Position numbers and translations under genes: made by a program | Source of the DNA: a virus | Lineage: Duplodnaviria; Caudoviricetes | DNA: 36,068 nt | IMG/VR virus record: IMGVR_UViG_3300020045_004627 | Span: 1-36,068 of that record | Reading direction: 5' to 3' (one strand) | In this document: positions 1 to 6,334 of the stretch, in pieces | How the letters are laid out: each line of letters opens with the position of its first letter | How positions within the stretch are numbered: the stretch's first letter is position 1 | The notes under the pieces: model-generated | Database searches by the model: none | What the model was told of the DNA's origin: nothing | The model's input: the letters and a program-made list of their open reading frames with translations, nothing else

Positions 1-121
1 CAAGCTTTGATTTCCTCATGCAGTCCTTCTGATAAATCAGTTAACTCGTAGTTCGTGCCTTTAACTGGAAAAGCTTCTGATAACTCCATTGTCCAATCTT
101 CTTCGTTTTCTTCAAGCGTTA
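1..121. repeat. Terminal direct repeat, copy 1 (121 bp)
   Basis: Identical to 35948-36068; indicates a circular or circularly permuted assembly with a unit length of 35,947 bp. Confidence 0.97.
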
Positions 122-356
122 TACCGAACTCAGGGCAATAATCAACTATCTCCGTGCAATCAAAATCATTTTCAAGTGTGACCTCGAATATAAATCCTTT
201 GGGAACTGTTAACGCTTGTGATATTTGAAGTTTGCCGTTGAAAGTAAAAACGCTTTCAGGCACTTCCAATTCAGTTACATTCTTATTGTTCGAGCAAATT
301 ATAGCTAAATCCTTGTCCGCGAATAAATAGCCACGTGATGCGTAGATAGTTTTCAT
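1..356 (-). CDS. Hypothetical acidic protein, 139 aa, spanning the circular junction (356->1, then 35947->35884)
   Basis: ATG at 356 overlaps the YopX stop codon. The frame stays open through the repeat (MKTIYASRGY...HEEIKAWTRKHYEHEYSRGIQSEEPWD*) to TAA at 35884-35886. Not in the ORF track. Confidence 0.85.
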   Translation of the reverse strand, partial: MKTIYASRGYLFADKDLAIICSNNKNVTELEVPESVFTFNGKLQISQALTVPKGFIFEVTLENDFDCTEIVDYCPEFGITLEENEEDWTMELSEAFPVKGTNYELTDLSEGLHEEIKA

Positions 357-754
357 TAGTCGTGGATGTTACCGATTATTTCGAAAGAAAAAGACTGACC
401 TCTTTTAATCATCATTGTGTACCTACCTGATTTATATCTGTAACCTACACCAGTTTGACCAACCCAATATTCAATTACCCCTTCGAAAGATAAATAATCA
501 CCTATTACTTCGCAGTATTTAGTAGAGTTTCTGTAACGAACCTTATCCCCTTCAAAAATATTATTTCCATTCTTGTCGGTTAAGCCCGTGAATTGGCACA
601 CGGTTTCAGGGATTACTTCAATATCTTCATACTGAGTACCACCTTCTGTCAAGCATTTTAAATAATGCTGTTGAGTAAACGCATTGAACCAATAATGACC
701 ATACACCCATTTATTACCTCTTTTGGATTTCGCTTTAAAAAGTATCTCTCTCAT
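356..754 (-). CDS. YopX family protein
   Basis: Characteristic motifs MREILFKAK, ETVCQFTGLTDKNG..IFEGD and EIIGNIHD. Confidence 0.9.
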   Translation of the reverse strand: MREILFKAKSKRGNKWVYGHYWFNAFTQQHYLKCLTEGGTQYEDIEVIPETVCQFTGLTDKNGNNIFEGDKVRYRNSTKYCEVIGDYLSFEGVIEYWVGQTGVGYRYKSGRYTMMIKRGQSFSFEIIGNIHD

Positions 755-772
755 AATTTTTATTTAGTTTCT

Positions 773-860
773 ACCGCCACAACCCCGATGCGTTAACACC
801 GAGGCAATGACCTGACCTAACCACTATTCACGCTGTTTGCGTTAGACAGTCGCAACCCTG
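773..860 (-). ncRNA. Candidate structured RNA in the YopX leader
   Basis: GC-rich intergenic stretch with hairpins CCUCGGUG/CAUCGGGG and UUGCG/CGCAA, and a possible pseudoknot CUGUCUAAC/GUUAGGUCAG. Confidence 0.4.
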
Positions 861-866
861 TAATCT

Positions 867-1382
867 TTATTTCTTTAACTCTTGTCTAATCGGTTCAACA
901 CTAACGCAAATAGCCGTTATTTCACTTTTAGGCAAAAACTCCATTGCTTCAGGGAATTCAACAGAAACTCTTTTGAGTGTTTTCATATTAATCAAAGCTT
1001 GCTCAATGTCTTGGACTAGTTTTTCTAATCTTGCCTTTTCAATTTTATTGTCTTGAACTTGTTTAAAGAATTTCATTCCGAATTTGTCGCCATTCTCAAA
1101 AGAAACATAATGCGAGTTGTCGTCATTTTTCAATGGTATTTTGTCGACACTGAAATAATCGTAATTGAATCCGCAACCAATCAATCTAACTTGACTCGTA
1201 CACCTTAGATAAGGTTTGATTTCAGAATCGTTAAACGCTTTCTTAATGTGTTCAGGTAATTTACTGAATACATAAGCGCACAAATCTTCTTTAACTTTAA
1301 TCTCGCTTTGATTTAATTTAGCGACTTTTTCTTTAGTCAACATTTTGCTAGCATTCTCTGCCATCATTCTAGTTATTCTCAT
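867..1382 (-). CDS. Nmad5-like (nucleotide-modification-associated domain 5) protein
   Basis: N-terminal MRIT, helical body, and C-terminal L..MKTLKRV..EFPEA.EFLP pattern typical of this family (recalled, not searched). Confidence 0.6.
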   Translation of the reverse strand: MRITRMMAENASKMLTKEKVAKLNQSEIKVKEDLCAYVFSKLPEHIKKAFNDSEIKPYLRCTSQVRLIGCGFNYDYFSVDKIPLKNDDNSHYVSFENGDKFGMKFFKQVQDNKIEKARLEKLVQDIEQALINMKTLKRVSVEFPEAMEFLPKSEITAICVSVEPIRQELKK

Positions 1383-1405
1383 TTCCTTTGTTTTTGATTA
1401 CCTTA

Positions 1406-1477
1406 CAAATATACGAAACATATTTACATTAGAATCATGTTTACTAAAATAAATCGTAATTTGTAATCATTCTAAAT
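1406..1477 (-). promoter_or_regulatory. Composite early promoter 1: -7 box, operator and Fur-box-like site
   Basis: TATATTTG (1406-1413, minus), AAACATATTTACA (1416-1428), ATTTGTAATCATTCTAAAT (1459-1477). Confidence 0.8.
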
Positions 1478-1506
1478 AACAAACGCCCCTATTGCTAAGA
1501 GCGTTT
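1474..1506 (-). terminator. Intrinsic terminator
   Basis: AAACGCUCUUA-GCAA-UAGGGGCGUUU: 11-bp stem with a GNRA loop, followed by GUUAUUU. Confidence 0.8.
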
Positions 1507-1562
1507 ATAACCAAAAACTAAACTAAAATTACGAAAACGGCAAAGGATAGCCGAGAAGTAGA
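1474..1562 (-). ncRNA. Candidate sRNA 1 (about 85-90 nt)
   Basis: Consensus promoter TTG-N19-TATATTTG (1596-1567) upstream, terminator downstream, no ORF in between. Confidence 0.55.
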
Positions 1563-1574
1563 AGTTCAAATATA

Positions 1575-2159
1575 CTAGAATTCGTTCAATATACAAGTGT
1601 TCATTGGTAGCTTGTTTGCGAATGTCAAGAACTTCATGTAGTCCGCAAGCCTTTTAAACACAATACAACCAACTGACCAACTATCAATGTTTTCAGAATT
1701 AGTCCCAGCACGGTGTATATTCGCTCCGATTCTATCTGTGTACACTTTCCCGAAATTCTCGGATAACTCATCCTTGTCATTGTCGCGAGTATATGGATAT
1801 TGTTCACCTTTGAAAGTTTGAATGTAACCGTCTTTACCCTTGTGTTGTCCAAATACGTGAGACTCATATTGAATATGGTCAGCAACTAGAATAGCACACC
1901 CTTTCGAATTCCATTGTTCGAATCCTTTTAACCCAACTTTGCCAGCATTTGTTGTAATAGGAAACACACCATTATTTATTGGTCGCTGTCCTTCAATCTT
2001 AACTTCGAATGGATAACCTTTGTCGTCGAACTTGTTAAACTCATCTTCATTGGAACGTAAGCAGAATAAATATTTACCTTTCTTCCATCCTTTGAAACTA
2101 GGTAGCGATTCAACCCGTTCAATTAATTGTTCGTCGGTGTATGATTTTACGTTACTCAT
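1575..2159 (-). CDS. Putative endolysin with an L,D-transpeptidase (YkuD)-like catalytic motif
   Basis: NIHRAG...WSVGC His/Cys motif; follows holin-like genes. Start moved to MSNVKS (2159) because the longer ORF runs through a terminator. Confidence 0.65.
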   Translation of the reverse strand: MSNVKSYTDEQLIERVESLPSFKGWKKGKYLFCLRSNEDEFNKFDDKGYPFEVKIEGQRPINNGVFPITTNAGKVGLKGFEQWNSKGCAILVADHIQYESHVFGQHKGKDGYIQTFKGEQYPYTRDNDKDELSENFGKVYTDRIGANIHRAGTNSENIDSWSVGCIVFKRLADYMKFLTFANKLPMNTCILNEF

Positions 2160-2185
2160 AATTTTTTCTTTGCAAGTTACGAAAT

Positions 2186-2218
2186 AAAAAAGCCGAACGA
2201 GTAACGAACGGCTTTTTT
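2186..2218. terminator. Intrinsic terminator, potentially bidirectional
   Basis: AAAAAAGCCG...CGGCTTTTTT inverted repeat. Confidence 0.85.
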
Positions 2219-2291
2219 GTGCTTTACTAAAATTCTTATTCATGGCTGAGCAGCGAAAGAACAGAACTTTAATTATGCTTTAATCTCCAAG
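2186..2291 (-). ncRNA. Candidate sRNA 2 or attenuated leader (about 105 nt)
   Basis: TATCTTTG -7 box at 2296-2303, followed about 80 nt later by the terminator hairpin. Confidence 0.45.
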
Positions 2292-2312
2292 AAAGCAAAG
2301 ATACAATTTTAT

Positions 2313-2528
2313 TTACTTCAAAACCTTTTGTGCGTGGAAAATTGCTTTACCACCGAATACAGTTGCTCCGACTGCGAGTGCAATCATTCCGATTGGATTA
2401 GCTACTAAGCCCAACGCTAATACCGTAGCACAAGTTGTACCGATTACCGTTGAAATTTTTCCGTGATTTTTATCACGTGGTGGAGTTTCGCTCCCTACTC
2501 TTTTGAAAAATCTTTTAATCATTCCCAT
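2313..2528 (-). CDS. Small membrane protein, holin/antiholin-like
   Basis: 71 aa with a basic N-terminus and two hydrophobic segments; next to the lysin. Confidence 0.6.
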   Translation of the reverse strand: MGMIKRFFKRVGSETPPRDKNHGKISTVIGTTCATVLALGLVANPIGMIALAVGATVFGGKAIFHAQKVLK

Positions 2529-2529
2529 G

Positions 2530-2826
2530 TTACTGTTTTTTAAATATTCGTGTTATAAATTCTGTAGCCATTTTAACCGACCTTAAACCCATATAACCAA
2601 CTACAAACGCAATTGATATAAGAGCTGTGTCAGAAACTTTAACAACTCCAATGACTAATGGGGTTAGATATGTCGCTAGAACACCACCACGCATCAAAAT
2701 AAAGGCAACTTCGCGCCAATTGTAATTTCTTATACTCTCGATAGATACAAATGCGCCACCGATTCCAGCCAAAACAAATACAATTTCAATTCCTAGCTTC
2801 TTTATTTCGATTAAAATATTGCTCAC
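2530..2826 (-). CDS. Putative holin
   Basis: 98 aa, three TM segments (LAGIGGAFVS; YLTPLV; AFVVGYMG), basic C-terminus. Confidence 0.7.
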   Translation of the reverse strand: MSNILIEIKKLGIEIVFVLAGIGGAFVSIESIRNYNWREVAFILMRGGVLATYLTPLVIGVVKVSDTALISIAFVVGYMGLRSVKMATEFITRIFKKQ

Positions 2827-3142
2827 ATTTGTAGATTAGTGGTGTGATTATAAAGGCTGAAATATACTCAAACCAATTCAAACAAAAAGGGTCGAAAAAT
2901 AATTCATCCAATAGGTTGCTGAGTGATACAAATAGAAAGAATGTAGTAATAATCTTTCGCGCACCCTGTTTAGTTGTAGCATGAATGTGATAAGCACAAG
3001 CCATTAAGATAACAGCAAAGCCCGAACCGTATAACTTATCACCGCTTTCAATCCAATGAAACGTATGGTTTAAATTCCATGTTGTTATTAGAATGAAGCT
3101 AACTATCAAACCTATTGCAAATACGCCAAATGAACCCCTCAT
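2786..3142 (-). CDS. Four-TM membrane protein
   Basis: Four hydrophobic stretches; likely start MRGSF at 3142, immediately after the upstream stop. Confidence 0.7.
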   Translation of the reverse strand: MRGSFGVFAIGLIVSFILITTWNLNHTFHWIESGDKLYGSGFAVILMACAYHIHATTKQGARKIITTFFLFVSLSNLLDELFFDPFCLNWFEYISAFIITPLIYKCEQYFNRNKEARN

Positions 3143-3143
3143 A

Positions 3144-3332
3144 TTAATCCCTTTTCGGTCGCGCTCCAATGTATTCAACTGTTTCTCCATCTTCATACTC
3201 GTCTTTTGTTTCTATTGCAAACTCGAAATCCTCGGGGATTTCTACTATCTGAATCGGTTTCTCTAAATCGATAATTACATCAACGGGTAATCCGCTCAAA
3301 TCTGTTGCTACTACTCTGCCTTGTGTTGCCAT
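3144..3332 (-). CDS. Small acidic hypothetical protein
   Basis: 62-aa ORF with an A-rich leader; ends IGARPKRD. Confidence 0.7.
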   Translation of the reverse strand: MATQGRVVATDLSGLPVDVIIDLEKPIQIVEIPEDFEFAIETKDEYEDGETVEYIGARPKRD

Positions 3333-3365
3333 GTTACTTGTTGTTTTTACTAAATTACTAATTAT

Positions 3366-3809
3366 TTAACTTGTTAAGATATTACCGAAAAATACGACGT
3401 TTGCCGAATTCGTAGCACCTCCACTTACAACAAGCTTTATTACAGCCGAATCAGTTACGTCAAATGGTATGTTTAGTGAGGTGTTGTTGAAAAAAGTCTC
3501 AACAGCCGTGCCCGCTTGTGCCTGAATAGAATAATCAGTAGTATTGTTTATTCTAATAAATAATTCCATGCTACGGTCACCTAAAGTACTCGCGATAAAT
3601 CTAGTAAAACTTGCTCCAATTATTCTGCATTTTCGAGTAGGACGCATCCCTAAGCCTCCGATAGTTGTTCTCATTGCCAATCCTGAAGCACCCGAAAAAT
3701 AATATGTTCCCGTTGTTACAGATGCAGTAGTATTTGAAGCCATATACATATTGCTTCTTCCTACCGAATTAGGATCGGTATTAACGCTCTTATTGTTAAC
3801 TACTATCAT
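3366..3809 (-). CDS. Putative virion tail-associated beta-rich protein
   Basis: Rich in S/T/G/N; at the end of the tail module; ATGA-coupled. Confidence 0.55.
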   Translation of the reverse strand: MIVVNNKSVNTDPNSVGRSNMYMASNTTASVTTGTYYFSGASGLAMRTTIGGLGMRPTRKCRIIGASFTRFIASTLGDRSMELFIRINNTTDYSIQAQAGTAVETFFNNTSLNIPFDVTDSAVIKLVVSGGATNSANVVFFGNILTS

Positions 3810-4123
3810 TTCATTGTAATTAAAAATTCCATACTACCCGTTCCGCCACTTGCAATAACCATTTTGAAATAAACCCAAGAAAAATCCTCTACAGTTACAC
3901 CTTCAGTTAAATCGTAATCGTTGGTATTAGCGTTTACAGGTTCGTCTATTGAGGTTAATCTAATGTAACTATCCGCTTCACCTGTATTGCTTACGTAAAT
4001 AGTTGCTGTTCCTGTGCCTGTGCCGATAGGATTAACCATTAAAGTGCCAATAGGCTGCATTACGAAAGAGAAATTTCCACCTGTAACACAATTTATAGAA
4101 CTTGAACGTCTTGAAATATTCAT
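3806..4123 (-). CDS. Hypothetical structural protein
   Basis: Beta-rich, in the tail module. Confidence 0.55.
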   Translation of the reverse strand: MNISRRSSSINCVTGGNFSFVMQPIGTLMVNPIGTGTGTATIYVSNTGEADSYIRLTSIDEPVNANTNDYDLTEGVTVEDFSWVYFKMVIASGGTGSMEFLITMK

Positions 4124-4124
4124 C

Positions 4125-4967
4125 TTAAATAGAGTTTACAGTTATCGAATTTTTAAACTTATCGCTAAACTTAGCTTTTACAATTACGTAAGGGTTTCTG
4201 TATTGTGGCGGTTCAACTGCATCAACTATCACGTTTTTATCAAGATACTGCTTGTGATTACTTGGGTCGAAATCACTAACAAATAGATTGTTTTCGCTAA
4301 GTAAATGTAAATCGAATAATTTATCTGATATGCAACTTGATAAAAGCTTGGTAGTTAACGAATACTTGTTGACGTTTTCACGAATAACGCTTTTGGTTTC
4401 ACGTGTTTCATAAGTGATATTATCTACTTCGGTCGCTGGGTCACGGTCACCAAATACATCAACTTCGAAATTGATATAATCAACCACATTCGAACCAATA
4501 AAATTAATACCGTCAAACTTTTGATTTGCGTTAAATATCGTTCTGAATTGACAGTATTTTCTAGCAAAGTTTAGTGAGTAGGGAAATAATTGATATTCAC
4601 CCCATTTGACCGTTCCTTCAATTCCTGAAACTGAAAAATCAATCATTAACTCATAACAACCCGCTCCGTTATCAAATAAAACTGTTGACCAATCTACCGT
4701 ACAGTACTTAGCTGTTGGTTGGCTTACGAATGGTATTGTAGTTTGGTCGATTTCATTTCCACTACTATCAACTAAGTAGAATCTAATTTCATCTGAATCC
4801 CTCCACCATGCACTTGTTTGCATTTGTTTCCATGGGTCACTTTCATTTGAACCCCAAACAATGAATTTACAGCAACACTTTTCTAGTCCTCTATCTTCTT
4901 CAGTGTAGATACTAGGTAGTTTGATTGACTTTACAAACTCTTTGTGTATGTTGCTGTAATCTGCCAT
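4125..4967 (-). CDS. Putative tail/baseplate protein
   Basis: 280-aa acidic ORF in the tail module. Confidence 0.55.
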   Translation of the reverse strand: MADYSNIHKEFVKSIKLPSIYTEEDRGLEKCCCKFIVWGSNESDPWKQMQTSAWWRDSDEIRFYLVDSSGNEIDQTTIPFVSQPTAKYCTVDWSTVLFDNGAGCYELMIDFSVSGIEGTVKWGEYQLFPYSLNFARKYCQFRTIFNANQKFDGINFIGSNVVDYINFEVDVFGDRDPATEVDNITYETRETKSVIRENVNKYSLTTKLLSSCISDKLFDLHLLSENNLFVSDFDPSNHKQYLDKNVIVDAVEPPQYRNPYVIVKAKFSDKFKNSITVNSI

Positions 4968-4969
4968 AA

Positions 4970-5497
4970 TTAATCAATCCAAGAAACAAAAACTTGTGTG
5001 TGTAACGCTTGAACTTGTTCTGCTGTCAATATTTTCATATCACTTGCACCAAGATTCCAAAATAATACTTTTTGAATTTCTTGACCAGTCCAATCCTTGT
5101 TATTTAAATATACAATTTCTTGTATTAAAGCTTCGTCGAATTGAGCGGGTGTAATATTTCCAAACTTAGCATCAAAAGTTGTTTTCTTGTACTTCGCTTC
5201 ACGTGCATCGAATTGAACTAGCATAGTAACATCAACTAGTGCGGGCATCATTTTCATAACCGTACGTTCGTCAAAAGTTTTCACGCCTGTCGCTGTGTCA
5301 AATGCACTGCAGTAAGTTTCAGTAACTTCTCTTTCAAGATACAATTGCATTCTTTTAGTTTCAAGCGTATAGAAATTATTCTGTACCGTAACTAGATTGT
5401 TGTCCGAGTAAGGTCTAGCATCTTTTGCTTCAATATACACAACTCCCTCAAATCTATTCTTTGGGTCAATTTTCTGTACTTCTAATGTTCTTATCAT
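4970..5497 (-). CDS. Hypothetical protein, possibly a fibre assembly chaperone
   Basis: Follows the fibre-like gene; likely start MIRTL (5497) with an A-rich leader. Confidence 0.55.
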   Translation of the reverse strand: MIRTLEVQKIDPKNRFEGVVYIEAKDARPYSDNNLVTVQNNFYTLETKRMQLYLEREVTETYCSAFDTATGVKTFDERTVMKMMPALVDVTMLVQFDAREAKYKKTTFDAKFGNITPAQFDEALIQEIVYLNNKDWTGQEIQKVLFWNLGASDMKILTAEQVQALHTQVFVSWID

Positions 5498-5508
5498 TTT
5501 GTTTTGTT

Positions 5509-6330
5509 TTAAACTATTCCTACTGCTCCACCAAAATACCATAAATCACCTACTGCCAATCCTGTTGGTGAAGTTGGTAGATTTGGCATATTTATACCAG
5601 CCAAATTAAATATCGTTTTTCCATCTACTTGGTCGATTGTGATAATCTCAGTATTCGTATATGAACCTGTAATATTCCCGCGAATAGCTCCGTTGTTTCC
5701 TGTTTTTCCGAATTTCCAAGCGTAATTACCGTTTGTTTGAGCAAAGTAAGAATTAGCGTTTGAATTAGCGTGAGAAATAGAATCAATATCTAAATTTCCT
5801 GTAGCTAAATATTGTCCATTATTCCATCCAAAATAATGCGAAGCCCCATTTCCATAAACTTCAAGCCCATTTGAACCAGTAGACTGTCGGATATACGCTA
5901 AAGAACCGTTGAAAATTACTTTTTTGTACGAATCCATTGTGACATCACCAAAGTTTTTCTGACTTCTATCACCATAAACTTCACGAGCTACACCAGCGCC
6001 CGTTTCTTCACGGATACCAATATCACTTACTAAACTACCGTATGCTTTCCAATTAAATGAAGCATTTGCACCCGTTGGAGCTATTGTAGACTGAGCAGTA
6101 AACGTTTTCATTTTACCCCAAAGCATATCATACTCATCATGGTCATGAGACCTGTTCCCTGTAGCTAGTAAATTAGCATTTAAGTAGTTTCGAGTAGCTA
6201 GAGCAGTCCCAAAATCTTCAGAAAGAATCTTTACGGTATCCCAATCTGTACCGTTCCACCAGTCAAAACCTATCCAACTCCCGTTTGGAATAGTTGTTTT
6301 TTGTGTTGCAAATTGATTTATTTGAGGCAT
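5509..6330 (-). CDS. Putative tail fibre / receptor-binding protein
   Basis: G/N/S-rich; C-terminal NLPTSPTGLAVGDLWY fibre-type motif. Confidence 0.6.
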   Translation of the reverse strand: MPQINQFATQKTTIPNGSWIGFDWWNGTDWDTVKILSEDFGTALATRNYLNANLLATGNRSHDHDEYDMLWGKMKTFTAQSTIAPTGANASFNWKAYGSLVSDIGIREETGAGVAREVYGDRSQKNFGDVTMDSYKKVIFNGSLAYIRQSTGSNGLEVYGNGASHYFGWNNGQYLATGNLDIDSISHANSNANSYFAQTNGNYAWKFGKTGNNGAIRGNITGSYTNTEIITIDQVDGKTIFNLAGINMPNLPTSPTGLAVGDLWYFGGAVGIV

Positions 6331-6334
6331 AATA

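Noticed and set aside
805-826. GUGGUUAGG resembles the start of a pistol ribozyme
   Set aside because: The conserved downstream UUAAAUAG segment and the correctly placed pseudoknot partner are missing. It is kept only as a generic structured RNA.
2242-2283. Plus-strand mini-ORF MAEQRKNRTLIML
   Set aside because: It has no plus-strand promoter and lies just downstream of a terminator. It is better explained as the complement of the candidate sRNA.
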